Source of the DNA: a virus
Direction: 5' to 3' (one strand)
DNA: 64,000 nucleotides
Virus record (IMG/VR): IMGVR_UViG_3300045988_159857
Coordinates: 51,791-115,790 of that record
Shown one piece after another: positions 14,824 to 25,168 of the stretch. The stretch's first letter is position 1, and every line of letters begins with the position of its first letter. Below the pieces are notes generated by a model that ran no database searches, was not told the DNA's origin, and saw only the letters and a list, made by a program, of their open reading frames with translations. A program made the position numbers and the translations under genes.

Positions 14824-16032
14824 TTAACATAAGTTAATTTTGTATATGGCTTCAGCTACATCTTCTTCAGAACTTATTATAAAGTTTTGAGAAGGTTTAT
14901 TTGTTAAACGTAAATCTTGTGCATACTGGTCTACTCCCATTAAACTACCATTTGATATTCTTAAACACTCGTGGGACTCGTCACAACTAAAATGATGATA
15001 ATGACTTGAAATTACTAAATCGTTTCGTTTTCTTGTCATTGAAATCATATTCTCGATAACCTTATTAGGTTTGTCCTTATGTCCGTGTACACCTACAACT
15101 TCATGTCCTAGTACACTAAAAGACACTATATCATCAGCATACTTGTTATCTAAAAATTTAATATTTTTATTTGCGCTCAATCTCTGTTTAAGGTACCAAG
15201 GAGTTATTCTTGCTAACGTTTCAAGCTCCATAGCTTCGCTCTTTCGAGGCTCTAACCTAGAATGATTATCAAGACAATCGGTATAAACTAAATCACAATA
15301 TTGTGATAACTCGTTTAAAAATTCAGCTAATATTTCACTAACTTCCATAGTTTGAGAAATAACATCTTCTCTAGATTCTAATCTTAATGTTAAATGAATT
15401 CGACCACAGATAAGGTCCCCTAAGTTTACTACATATATTTTTTTAATATTGTTTAAATTACAAATGTTTATAACCTTAAGTAACAATTTATTGACACGTT
15501 GTCTACAAATTTCAGGGTTATAATTGTTAAAATAGTTATTAACTTCAATTCCGTAGTGCCAGTCACTTAAACAAAGTATTCCTTCTTTTTGATTTTTATT
15601 TGTTTGTGAGTTAACATTTACATCGGGAATTGTAAGTAATTTTTCTTTTGACATCTTATCCGCAAAATCAGAAGCTATTTCTTTCAATGTTTCTTCTCTT
15701 GCAAGCATACGAATGTATGCATTATTCTGTATACGTTCCTCACTTAATTTGTAACGTTCCTTTTTAATGGTTGTTAAATAATTTTTATATTCAACTTCAG
15801 GGTCTGGTTCACATAAGTAGTTATTGAAATCAATCAATCCTTCATTATACATCTTATGTGCTTTACGACTATAAGCGTCTCTCTTTCGTCTATCTTTTTG
15901 TGGTTTAATAGAATTTAACGCTTCGACTATATCTTCCCAAGTAAATAAATTATCTCTAAGTTTAAGAGTGTATAACCTATTTTCATATTCGTCAAAGGTT
16001 TCATTTTCTTGTCTCACTAAAAGGTTTTCCAT
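14824..16032 (-). CDS. metallophosphoesterase (second Mre11/SbcD-like-fold protein) with helical N-terminal extension
   Basis: Motif order LSDWHYG, NLGDLICG, LDNHSR, GVHGHKD, SHYHH fits calcineurin-like phosphoesterases. Confidence 0.6.
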   Translation of the reverse strand: MENLLVRQENETFDEYENRLYTLKLRDNLFTWEDIVEALNSIKPQKDRRKRDAYSRKAHKMYNEGLIDFNNYLCEPDPEVEYKNYLTTIKKERYKLSEERIQNNAYIRMLAREETLKEIASDFADKMSKEKLLTIPDVNVNSQTNKNQKEGILCLSDWHYGIEVNNYFNNYNPEICRQRVNKLLLKVINICNLNNIKKIYVVNLGDLICGRIHLTLRLESREDVISQTMEVSEILAEFLNELSQYCDLVYTDCLDNHSRLEPRKSEAMELETLARITPWYLKQRLSANKNIKFLDNKYADDIVSFSVLGHEVVGVHGHKDKPNKVIENMISMTRKRNDLVISSHYHHFSCDESHECLRISNGSLMGVDQYAQDLRLTNKPSQNFIISSEEDVAEAIYKINLC

Positions 16033-16542
16033 TTAACTAATATCCTCACTGTCATCGTCTATTGCGACAAAATTGTCTTCTTCTTTAAGTTTATATATCA
16101 TTGCTTGTACAGCTTCAGTAACCCTTTGTCTACTTTCTCTGTCTAACTCTGTACAAACATTTATGTTAACTTGATTGTTTTGTTGTAACTGAATTGCGGG
16201 GGTAGTTTCAACCATGTTGAGGTTTTTATTCGCTCGGTCAATAGCGTTTTCAGTTACTTGCATATACTTTAGTAAATCTTCATTTGTAAAATTATCAGGA
16301 GTATTTTCAAATCTTTGAATTACTTTATCCGTTACGGTGTCTAATAAGTTCGACATCTTCATTACTCTTACAACATTTCTTTTTTGGTTGTTGAGATTAA
16401 ACAAGTTTGTCAAATCTTGTATTTCATCAACATCTTCAGAATTCATTATACTAACTGCTAAATCTGAAGTTTTTTTATCGAGTTGAGATAACGACGAAGT
16501 TGGGTCTGCAGGTTGTAACTGGTTTTTTTCATCCTTAGACAT
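16033..16542 (-). CDS. hypothetical acidic protein
   Basis: 169 aa, tightly packed in the operon. Confidence 0.55.
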   Translation of the reverse strand: MSKDEKNQLQPADPTSSLSQLDKKTSDLAVSIMNSEDVDEIQDLTNLFNLNNQKRNVVRVMKMSNLLDTVTDKVIQRFENTPDNFTNEDLLKYMQVTENAIDRANKNLNMVETTPAIQLQQNNQVNINVCTELDRESRQRVTEAVQAMIYKLKEEDNFVAIDDDSEDIS

Positions 16543-16871
16543 TAAATCAACTCCTTATACGTTTTTAAAATATTATTTGATAATTTTTCACTGACAAGTT
16601 CTTTTAAGGGTTTTTTGTTATTGTTAACACATTCCTGTAATTCTTTATTGAAGTCTTCTGAAGGTTTAAAGATGTATGAAAAATTACCGTCAAGATATTT
16701 AACATACAATACCCCTATTCCTATATCGAGTTCACAAACAGTATCTTCTGTACAAATATTTTCAACAATATTTTCTACTAAAATTGTCTGACAAGTTTTT
16801 GTTAGATTATTTATGATTTTTATAGGTATTGTAGATAATACCGATAAATCATCAAGTAGGTTGTATTTCAT
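16542..16871 (-). CDS. hypothetical protein
   Basis: 109 aa. Its start overlaps the upstream gene and its stop overlaps the downstream start. Confidence 0.55.
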   Translation of the reverse strand: MKYNLLDDLSVLSTIPIKIINNLTKTCQTILVENIVENICTEDTVCELDIGIGVLYVKYLDGNFSYIFKPSEDFNKELQECVNNNKKPLKELVSEKLSNNILKTYKELI

Positions 16872-17071
16872 AATTTCTTTGTCATCCTTCGATAAACAGT
16901 TTCTGTGTTACGATTTTTCAGATAAGAAATAGAATCTTCAATTTCTTTATCGTATACTAATAAACTTTTATTTAATCTTTCTTTTACACACTTAACATAA
17001 AGTTCATTTGGAGTATGTTTATGATTACTTAAACTTTCCATTATATTATACAGTTTACTCTTGAAACTCAT
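16868..17071 (-). CDS. hypothetical protein
   Basis: 67 aa. Its stop overlaps the downstream start by 4 nt. Confidence 0.5.
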   Translation of the reverse strand: MSFKSKLYNIMESLSNHKHTPNELYVKCVKERLNKSLLVYDKEIEDSISYLKNRNTETVYRRMTKKL

Positions 17072-17074
17072 ATG

Positions 17075-17449
17075 TCACCTTCCACTGTTGAACGAAAAAT
17101 CTTTTAGAACTTCTTTTATGACAAAATAATTCTTTTTTATACTTTTTGTATTTTCTCCTTTTTTATCTAAAGTTGTTAAACATTTTGTAAAGTCTTGTTT
17201 TTCTATGTCAACTTTCTGAAATAGCAACAAAGCGTTAAGCATATCCTCTAACTCTTCTATTTTAGGGATATATATAGTCGTCCCACCATAATATTCGCAA
17301 AGTTTTAGTAAATTTTCTTCGTCAAGAATATAGCTTAACTGACTTAAAGAACTGTATTCGTTAGAATCTTTAAGTTTATACATAACAAACAACATTAACG
17401 AATATATGTCATTTTTTGTTAAGTTAGTTATCTCTGTGCTTATTGTCAT
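17075..17449 (-). CDS. putative Mor-like DNA-binding/transcription regulator
   Basis: The motif LCEYYGGTTIYIPK resembles the GGxxxYIPK signature of Mor/C-family activators. RBS ACGAGGA. Confidence 0.4.
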   Translation of the reverse strand: MTISTEITNLTKNDIYSLMLFVMYKLKDSNEYSSLSQLSYILDEENLLKLCEYYGGTTIYIPKIEELEDMLNALLLFQKVDIEKQDFTKCLTTLDKKGENTKSIKKNYFVIKEVLKDFSFNSGR

Positions 17450-18281
17450 CGAAATCCTCGTTTCCGTTGTAATAATTATAAAAACAACCTACATCATAAT
17501 CTACAACATTTTTCGTATGAATGATATCTCTTAAATCTTCTTTTATAATATTTTTAACTTGTTTAACTAAAACGTCTATGTAGTTCGACATACTGTCCGG
17601 TAAATGGTACAACACAGGTTTTGTATATTTAAATTTTATAAAAGCATTATTTATACTTTTCAAATTTTGAGTTTTGTTAACCATTTTTAAAAAATTTTCA
17701 TACGTAGGAGTTATAGTATTGTTAAATGTTAGACACACACTAATATATATGTTATCCCAAATATAACTATCTTTTGGATAAGGTAAAGTTTCTAAAAACT
17801 TTTCAATTGTTAAGGGAATATTTTTTGTAGTTAACTTAAAATCTGTTAAGTAAATATTATCAATACTACTTGCTAATAAGGTATTAAACGTTCCTGTGTC
17901 ATCATAAACTTCTTTAGACTTTCTAGAAATTAACGATGAACCTCTTTCCTCTTTGAACGAACAAAATTTTTTATTTATATTAGCATTTATGTAATTTTTT
18001 ACAGATTTTATTTTAGGTAATAAAGGTTGTCCGTTTTCATTTATCTTAAATTGTTTTGGATTGACAAGTCTCATATACACACGGTTACTCATAAATATAC
18101 AAAAATCATCAAGTGTTTCTCCGTATATATTAAACTTGTTATCGTAAAGACATACTGACCTTACTATATTATATATATAAGAATAAATTTTATATTCATC
18201 AATTTCTTCTTTATAGACGTTGTTGTCAACATAAATACACATTTCAGTTGTTGTTAAACCTTTTGGAATTTCAAAGTTCAT
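17424..18281 (-). CDS. hypothetical protein
   Basis: 285 aa in the operon. Confidence 0.55.
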   Translation of the reverse strand: MNFEIPKGLTTTEMCIYVDNNVYKEEIDEYKIYSYIYNIVRSVCLYDNKFNIYGETLDDFCIFMSNRVYMRLVNPKQFKINENGQPLLPKIKSVKNYINANINKKFCSFKEERGSSLISRKSKEVYDDTGTFNTLLASSIDNIYLTDFKLTTKNIPLTIEKFLETLPYPKDSYIWDNIYISVCLTFNNTITPTYENFLKMVNKTQNLKSINNAFIKFKYTKPVLYHLPDSMSNYIDVLVKQVKNIIKEDLRDIIHTKNVVDYDVGCFYNYYNGNEDFDDNKHRDN

Positions 18282-20158
18282 TTTATATGACTTACCCCAT
18301 TACTTTCTTTTACCACACTAATACAATTATCAACAGGAATATTTAACTCATTTGCATGATGTGAAATGATATAGATGCTACTAACATCATTAAACCTCTT
18401 ACTAATCATGTTAATAACCCGCTCACACCCTAAATAGTCTAAGTTATCAAATATTTCATCAAGTACAAGTAATGAACTACTAAAATTCATATATGTTGAT
18501 AACATATCTCTTAAAGCAAATTGTACTATTAAGTTAACTTTTTGTTTTTCCCCTCCCGAAAGATTTTCATAATCTTTCTGTTGAAACTTAATTATTATGT
18601 TATTTCCCTCAAGTTTAAACTCAATTAAAGAATCACCAAAAATATCTTGTGAATAAACATTTGCTCTCTCATCTATATACTTTATTATATTAGACAAGAG
18701 ATAACCTCTGAAATCTCGTTTAATTACACTGTCAAATTTATTAAGTATAGATTCTCGACGTTTATAATTTTCAGTTAATTCACTTGATTTTTCATACTCG
18801 TTAGTGTAAGTATTTATCTGTTCCTCATATTTCTTAACATAAGTAATTAGTTTATTATTTTCATTTTCAAAATTATCTAACTCAACAGTTATTTTGTTTA
18901 TTTCATTATTTATATCATTTCTTTTTGTGTTAAGTATTTTAAGCTCATTATCTAAGGAGTTCTTCGCTACCGTCAAATTGGACAAACTTTCTTTAATTCT
19001 TAATATATTTTGGTTATATTCGTCTTCAATAGTTTTACAAGCGATTTTATAAACATTTTCAATATCATTTATAGACTCATCACAAACATTTATCTTTGTT
19101 GTAAGTTCTAATATTTTATTTTTTTCGTTTGTGACGTCGGGTTTAACTACATTCTGTAACTTTTGTCCACAAGTAGGACAAAAGTCTACCATTTTCTCAA
19201 CATTCTGAACATATTGTTTAAGTTCATTTAATTCACTTTTTTGTGCTACAAAACCGTCTAGAATATCTTCTCTTTCCTTGTATCTCTTATTATCAAGTTC
19301 TTCTTTTTTCGTTGTGTAAGTTTTAAGGTACTTATTTTTTTCGTCTTCAAAAGAATTTATACTCGATTCAAAATCGAGTCCTTTGATTTCGTCTTCCTTT
19401 TTTACTATTTCTTCACAAACTAGTTTACACTCATCCTTCAACTCACTCAAATGTATTTTTTGTTTATTTATGTCAAGAGCATTTAATTTTTCTAAATCTT
19501 TTTTACACTCACTTAATAAATCTTGATTTGTTTCAATTTTTGTTGAAGCCGTTAACGTCTCATCTTCAGCTTGTCTTAAAAGATTATTTACAACAAGTTT
19601 TCTTTCGACCAATCGTTTTTTTAAATCTTCAATCATAAAATCTGACTTACTTAATTTCTCAAGAACTTCTTTTCTTCCTGAAGGGGTGTTATTAGAAAAC
19701 TTTAAGGGCATGCCTTGTCCTAATATTATTACACTACCAATAAAAGAACTAGTTAAGTCGGGTAAGAGCTCCTTAAGTATCTTTTCACTATCTCTTATAC
19801 CTTTACCACTTATATCTTTACCATCAACCGTTATCTGTAACGTTGTTTTATATTTTGAATGTTCTTTTGACCTTAAAACAGTGTAAACTTTATCATCAAA
19901 ACTAAATTCGAGGACAACGAGAGCCCCGTCATCACCATTTATGTTAACAACATTTTTAGAGCCCCTTAAGGTTTCCCCACAAAGACACCATATTATAGCT
20001 TCAAAAATACTACTTTTACCACTACCGTTTGAAATTGCCCCGTCATTACTATTATTAGTACCAGTTACGAGAGTATATCCGTTATCCTTCAAATTGATTT
20101 CACTACTACCTATTGACATAAAATTATAGATACTAAGTTTATTAAATTCTATGTTCAT
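18278..20158 (-). CDS. Rad50/SbcC-like recombination ATPase
   Basis: Walker A is NGSGKSSIFEAI. A long central coiled coil carries a CPTCGQ zinc hook. Signature LSGGEKQKV and Walker B LLVLDEIF are present. Confidence 0.88.
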   Translation of the reverse strand: MNIEFNKLSIYNFMSIGSSEINLKDNGYTLVTGTNNSNDGAISNGSGKSSIFEAIIWCLCGETLRGSKNVVNINGDDGALVVLEFSFDDKVYTVLRSKEHSKYKTTLQITVDGKDISGKGIRDSEKILKELLPDLTSSFIGSVIILGQGMPLKFSNNTPSGRKEVLEKLSKSDFMIEDLKKRLVERKLVVNNLLRQAEDETLTASTKIETNQDLLSECKKDLEKLNALDINKQKIHLSELKDECKLVCEEIVKKEDEIKGLDFESSINSFEDEKNKYLKTYTTKKEELDNKRYKEREDILDGFVAQKSELNELKQYVQNVEKMVDFCPTCGQKLQNVVKPDVTNEKNKILELTTKINVCDESINDIENVYKIACKTIEDEYNQNILRIKESLSNLTVAKNSLDNELKILNTKRNDINNEINKITVELDNFENENNKLITYVKKYEEQINTYTNEYEKSSELTENYKRRESILNKFDSVIKRDFRGYLLSNIIKYIDERANVYSQDIFGDSLIEFKLEGNNIIIKFQQKDYENLSGGEKQKVNLIVQFALRDMLSTYMNFSSSLLVLDEIFDNLDYLGCERVINMISKRFNDVSSIYIISHHANELNIPVDNCISVVKESNGVSHIK

Positions 20159-21243
20159 TTCAATATCTCCTGTAATTCGTCAATAGTTAAATTATCATTA
20201 CCAACATTATCTAGTACAAATTTCTTAAATTCCTCTAAATGGTCTAATTGTAATGATGTTATACTTTCACCTACTATGGGGGTTGTATCCTTTTCGACAA
20301 TAATCCTACAACATACTCCATTACAATTTTTAGGACAATTTATACTTTTCATTTTAGGATTATTATCGTTAGGGTCAAAACGATAACTTATGTATTCTCG
20401 ACTCTTTTCATCAACTTTTATAGTGGCAACATAATTTTTTAATTTAAATGATATATCATTTAAATAATGAATATCTTTATTTGTAAAATCGAGTTTATAA
20501 AAATTAAGTGCAAACGGGTTTTCGTGTAAAGTATAAGATAAGGTATCCAAATCAATTATCATTGCTTGGTGCTTATACTTTAGTGCATCTTCACTGAAGT
20601 TTTGTCCTGTTATATTCCCTATATTTAAGACATTATTTTTTACCCACTCACTATTATGAATGTGCCCGTTAACAGTTAAGTCGAATGATTTTTCTAAATT
20701 ATTTAGTTCAAAACCCAATTCAGAAACATAAGCTCCCATTCGTATACCTTTAATATCATTGTGTGTCAACAATAATTTGAATTTTTTGTCATCTGGCACA
20801 TCTTTAGGGAAGTAATCTTCGACAGGATTTTTATCATTTTCAAGAATATAAGGTAAAACATAAATAAGTGTGTTTCCCATACCCAGTATAGCTGGCTTAT
20901 TAAATATTTCACAATTTCTATTCTGTAGAAAAATTTGAGTGCTTGAAAATGAGTTATCCCCTCTACCGATTTCGTGATTTCCTACAACAAAGTAATTCGG
21001 TTTACATGAAAAGTCAATTTCAGATAATGCACTTATTTCTTCAGCGTTTAAGTCTGAACGGTCAAAAAAGTCTCCTAAACAAAAAAGCCCACAACAATTC
21101 TCTTGTTCAGCTAAATCGTTTAGCCATTTCATTGTTTGTATCTGGTTCTCTAACCGTTTTGAATATTTTTTTCCAATACCTCTAACAATTGAACTACTAG
21201 AACAAAAATGATTATCTGAATATATTAGAATCTTATTGTTCAA
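20155..21243 (-). CDS. Mre11/SbcD-like nuclease
   Basis: Motifs IYSDNHF, LGDFFDRSD, VGNHE and NGHIHN. Coupled to the Rad50-like gene. Confidence 0.85.
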   Translation of the reverse strand: MNNKILIYSDNHFCSSSSIVRGIGKKYSKRLENQIQTMKWLNDLAEQENCCGLFCLGDFFDRSDLNAEEISALSEIDFSCKPNYFVVGNHEIGRGDNSFSSTQIFLQNRNCEIFNKPAILGMGNTLIYVLPYILENDKNPVEDYFPKDVPDDKKFKLLLTHNDIKGIRMGAYVSELGFELNNLEKSFDLTVNGHIHNSEWVKNNVLNIGNITGQNFSEDALKYKHQAMIIDLDTLSYTLHENPFALNFYKLDFTNKDIHYLNDISFKLKNYVATIKVDEKSREYISYRFDPNDNNPKMKSINCPKNCNGVCCRIIVEKDTTPIVGESITSLQLDHLEEFKKFVLDNVGNDNLTIDELQEILK

Positions 21244-21968
21244 AATAACACCTTTCTCTTAATTTGTGTATCCATTACTGTACCATTTATACGACTTAAA
21301 GCAGTTTTATAATAATTTTCATTTATTTCTATTCCTATGAAATCTATATCCCTATTTAATTCTTTACAAGCAACACCAGTAGTACCACTACCCATAAAAG
21401 GGTCTAATACTATAAATCCAGGTTTAGTTGAATTACTTAACATACTTTTAACAAATGGTAATGGTTTTATAGTAGGATGATTATATATTTTATTTTCACG
21501 ATTTATTGGTGAAATGTATAATTTTTTAGCATCATTATAACACATAGGTTTACAATAAACTCCAGGGGTATAAAAATATAAACAGTACTCTATATCATCT
21601 ATATATTTATTATAATATGTTGGTAAGGCATTTGTTTTATTCCAAAAAAGTATAGTATAATTACATTTATATTTATTAACAAATATGTTCATATATTTAA
21701 TTATTTGACTTTTATTGCACCAAACATAAATATTAACATCCTTTAATACTCTTATCATTTCTTCACAAAACAAGTTTATATTAAATGTTTCACAACGTAA
21801 AGAATTAAGGGGTTTTAAACTTTTAGCTAACTTCATTCTTTTATTACAACTTCCAGTAGTATCTTCAGGATTGACATGGACATCATAAGGTGGGTCAGTA
21901 TATACTAAATCGATACTTTTCGAAGGTATATTTTTCAATATATTTATGTAATCGTCATTATATAACAT
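21240..21968 (-). CDS. DNA methyltransferase (beta-class, N6-adenine or N4-cytosine), no cognate nuclease seen
   Basis: Motif IV TDPPYDV occurs near the N-terminus and motif I DPFMGSGTTGVA near the C-terminus. Confidence 0.85.
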   Translation of the reverse strand: MLYNDDYINILKNIPSKSIDLVYTDPPYDVHVNPEDTTGSCNKRMKLAKSLKPLNSLRCETFNINLFCEEMIRVLKDVNIYVWCNKSQIIKYMNIFVNKYKCNYTILFWNKTNALPTYYNKYIDDIEYCLYFYTPGVYCKPMCYNDAKKLYISPINRENKIYNHPTIKPLPFVKSMLSNSTKPGFIVLDPFMGSGTTGVACKELNRDIDFIGIEINENYYKTALSRINGTVMDTQIKRKVLF

Positions 21969-21980
21969 CTATTAAACTCC

Positions 21981-22895
21981 CTACATTGATAGTATTTTCA
22001 ATACTATATAATCTCTGATATTTATGTTAACCAACTTACCACTTTTCAACAGATAATCAATATTAGTTAAAAAACTAATTATTTTAACTAACTGTTTAAT
22101 ATTCCATACCTTGGGACTTTTTCTTATTGCATATATCTGTTTCGAACTTAAACCAGTATTTTGAGGAGTTGGATTGTTATTTCCCCAAACATTTAATAAC
22201 TTAACAAAATTCTTATATAGAATAGTAACAACACCTAAGTCTTCAACATCCATTACATCAATATCTTGATAAATACATTTTAATGTATTCAAATCTCTTT
22301 TTTGTAAAGCATTCGTAAAATCAAAAATTGTTTTATTTGTTATATCTGAAAATGCATTATCATTAAGCATATCCTCAAAGATTGTTTGTCTCTGTATAGG
22401 CTCAAAACAAATTAGTTTATCTATTTCATTTTGAATTTTATCAATATTATTTTTACAATTTTTAATCAACCAGTCAAGATATTTTGTGTCAACACCTTCT
22501 AGTAAAGAATAAACATAATCTTTTATACACCACTCTTCAAGGTCGGGAACATTTACAATAAAATTATTATAAATACTTTCAGTGTCTTTTTCAACTTTTT
22601 TAGTGACAATTATTAAATTGTTTTTATTTAAAAGATTTTTATAGTTATATTCAAATTTATCGGTGATATAAATATTTAGACAATCATCAAAACTGTCTTG
22701 CCCGAAAAGATTTTTACTATCATTTTCATAAGTATCTAAACTGTCTATATACTGAATAGGTTTATTTAGACATTGAGATATTGCTTTGTAATATTGTCGA
22801 GCAATAAACGTCTCTTCCCCTTTGAAAATAATAAAAGTATCTTTGACGTTACCAGATTCAATTTGTCGTTTTACACTAGTTATATCCACAATCAA
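21981..22895 (-). CDS. clamp-loader delta subunit-like (HolA-like)
   Basis: Called from position after the delta-prime and DnaX genes. The N-terminus IIFKGEETFIARQY resembles the HolA N-terminus. TTG start overlaps the upstream TGA as TTGA. Confidence 0.5.
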   Translation of the reverse strand: MIVDITSVKRQIESGNVKDTFIIFKGEETFIARQYYKAISQCLNKPIQYIDSLDTYENDSKNLFGQDSFDDCLNIYITDKFEYNYKNLLNKNNLIIVTKKVEKDTESIYNNFIVNVPDLEEWCIKDYVYSLLEGVDTKYLDWLIKNCKNNIDKIQNEIDKLICFEPIQRQTIFEDMLNDNAFSDITNKTIFDFTNALQKRDLNTLKCIYQDIDVMDVEDLGVVTILYKNFVKLLNVWGNNNPTPQNTGLSSKQIYAIRKSPKVWNIKQLVKIISFLTNIDYLLKSGKLVNINIRDYIVLKILSM

Positions 22896-23695
22896 TTAAC
22901 ACCTTTCAATTCAAATAAATAACGTTCAAAAAGATACTTTTTATTAACTCCCCTTGTTTTACATTTTTTGATATAATCATTTGTTAACCAATAATCTTCA
23001 AAAGCTCTAGGATAATTTTTAATCATTCTATCATAAGAAATGTTTAACAAGATTTTCCAGAATAAATCAACATCATATTTATTCTTTTCCCTTTCAAAGG
23101 CCAGCCTACTAGAAATACTTAAAATATTGGCATAAGTAGCCAAATTTATCTTATCAAAAATTTTATTACCAAATTCAAATAGTTCCTTTAAATTGTAACT
23201 TTGTAAGAGTTGTACATCTCCCGGTGTTTTCGCTATCTCTAACACTAACTCATTATCGTTATCGTTTTCAATATCCATAAACTGTCTTAAACAATTTACA
23301 TTGTAAGGGTTAAGGGTTAAACAATAACATCTATTTCTTATAGTACATATCTGGTTATATTTATTCGTAGTTAATAACACAATAAAGGCATTTTTTAAGG
23401 GTTCTTCAAGAAACTTTAAAATGGTATTTTCGTTTTTAACTGTTATTTTATCACAATCAATTAAATATAGAAAAGGTTCTACTTTAAGATATATTTCATT
23501 TATTGTGTCTAGATTTAGTTTCTCTGATATATCAACTACAGTTAACCCAAACTTATCAGCAATGTAATTTGTAATTAAATGTTTACCGCCACCTTTTGGA
23601 CCTTCTAACATTAACGTTTTTGGAAAAGTGTCAAGATTATTACTATCTATGAAATTTAGTATTAAATCTTGATTAAGTATTTTCATCACTGACAC
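22892..23695 (-). CDS. clamp-loader delta-prime-like AAA+ subunit (HolB-like)
   Basis: P-loop-like LMLEGPKGGGKH. FLEEP motif. Follows the dnaX-like gene. Confidence 0.6.
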   Translation of the reverse strand: MSVMKILNQDLILNFIDSNNLDTFPKTLMLEGPKGGGKHLITNYIADKFGLTVVDISEKLNLDTINEIYLKVEPFLYLIDCDKITVKNENTILKFLEEPLKNAFIVLLTTNKYNQICTIRNRCYCLTLNPYNVNCLRQFMDIENDNDNELVLEIAKTPGDVQLLQSYNLKELFEFGNKIFDKINLATYANILSISSRLAFEREKNKYDVDLFWKILLNISYDRMIKNYPRAFEDYWLTNDYIKKCKTRGVNKKYLFERYLFELKGVN

Positions 23696-24705
23696 CTCGT
23701 CATTTGCAAAAACATAACGATTACGGTATTTTTCAAATTACTATCATCCTTAATAACTTGTTTAACATTAAGTAACTTATCAAGTAGGTATGAGTAATAA
23801 TTTGTAGGATTTTCAAAAGCTATACACCTTTTTATCTCTTCTTCGTAATTCGAAGGAATTGAAGTAATTTCAACATCATTAAACAAGGCGTATTTATCAA
23901 TATCCATTACAAAAGTAAAAAACTTATCAACAAATATTTTTAAGTCGTTTCCTTTGTTGTAAAAATCATCAATAGTTTTTATAACTACTTTTTCATTACC
24001 ATCTATAATAGCATTAACAAGTTCAAAAAATGACTCATATGAATAATTTCCTAAACTTTCAAGAACATTTTGAATTGCTAAATCGTTTGAATATCCTGAA
24101 CATTTTTCAAGGGTTGAGATAGCATCTCTCATTCCTCCATCACTTATTTTGGCGATATACTCACAAGCTTCAGCATAATTCGTAAACCCTTCTTGTTTAC
24201 AAATAAATTTCAATCTTTCCGTTATTTGTTGAGTACTTATTCTCGAAATGTTAAATCTCTGTACCCTATTAAGTATTGTATTTGGTATTTTCTGTGGGTC
24301 GGTTGTACAAAACATAAATATCGTATAAGCAGGTGGTTCTTCAATTGCCTTTAAGAATGCTTGCCAAGCTTGGTTACTTAATGCGTGACACTCATCAATT
24401 ATGTAGATTTTATACTCGCTATCTATAGAACGTTCTTTTGCTGCATTTATAATACTTTTTACATTGTCAACCCCGTTGTTAGACGCTCCATCTATTTCAA
24501 TCGGTTCGCCAACATTCCCGTTTATTTTTTTAGCAAAAATTCGAGCAATCGTTGTTTTACCACAACCTGATGCTCCAGCAAATAAATAACTATTTTTAAT
24601 GTTGTGTGTCTCTAATTGTCTATTAAGTATATGCACAACGGACCTTTGAGAACAAACATCTTCCCAGTCTTGAGGGCGATATTTTGTTGCCAAACTTTGT
24701 GCCAT
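23686..24705 (-). CDS. dnaX: DNA polymerase III gamma/tau-like clamp-loader ATPase (DnaX-like)
   Basis: Contains KYRPQDWEDV. Walker A is GASGCGKTT and Walker B is YIIDECHALS. KAIEEPP motif and sensor/SRC region ILNRVQRF are present. Confidence 0.9.
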   Translation of the reverse strand: MAQSLATKYRPQDWEDVCSQRSVVHILNRQLETHNIKNSYLFAGASGCGKTTIARIFAKKINGNVGEPIEIDGASNNGVDNVKSIINAAKERSIDSEYKIYIIDECHALSNQAWQAFLKAIEEPPAYTIFMFCTTDPQKIPNTILNRVQRFNISRISTQQITERLKFICKQEGFTNYAEACEYIAKISDGGMRDAISTLEKCSGYSNDLAIQNVLESLGNYSYESFFELVNAIIDGNEKVVIKTIDDFYNKGNDLKIFVDKFFTFVMDIDKYALFNDVEITSIPSNYEEEIKRCIAFENPTNYYSYLLDKLLNVKQVIKDDSNLKNTVIVMFLQMTRCQ

Positions 24706-24745
24706 TTAGATAACACTCCTTCCAGTTACATACTATTTTACATAT

Positions 24746-24778
24746 ATTATAAAAAATAAGCCACCAAAAATCAACTAA
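24746..24778 (-). promoter_or_regulatory. sigma-A-like promoter with -35 inside terminator loop
   Basis: TTAGTTGATT, 17 nt spacer, TATAAT. The -35 lies in the loop of hairpin 24758..24788. Confidence 0.6.
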
Positions 24779-24788
24779 TTGGTGGCTT
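24758..24788 (-). terminator. rho-independent terminator
   Basis: Stem AAGCCACCAA/TTGGTGGCTT, followed by ATTTTTT on the minus strand. Confidence 0.75.
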
Positions 24789-24793
24789 AACCT

Positions 24794-25168
24794 TTATAAC
24801 TTTTCTATTATTTTTACGCTTTTCGAAGGTAACCAACCTTCCCAAATGTAACTTGTATCAAGGTTGTTGGTAATATCATATCCAACTCCTTTTATCTTTA
24901 GCATTTTACCCATACACTGTAATACTTGAGCTTTCATAAATTCGTATTTTGGTACAATACCTTTGTTCCAATTACTATGTAAATTAAAATCTGGAGGGGG
25001 ATTTATAATATAATGTTCAAGCTGTATTAAGTACCAAGAATTCACATCAAAAACTGTTTTCTTATTTAACTCTTGTTTTGGAATAAATAGTTCTAATGTC
25101 TCCGGTGTGTATGGGGGTACTTTACAAAGTTTTAATTTTTTAAGTTGGTCTTCAATTATTTTGTTCAT
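24794..25168 (-). CDS. hypothetical protein
   Basis: 124 aa. Its start is adjacent to the upstream stop. Confidence 0.55.
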   Translation of the reverse strand: MNKIIEDQLKKLKLCKVPPYTPETLELFIPKQELNKKTVFDVNSWYLIQLEHYIINPPPDFNLHSNWNKGIVPKYEFMKAQVLQCMGKMLKIKGVGYDITNNLDTSYIWEGWLPSKSVKIIEKL

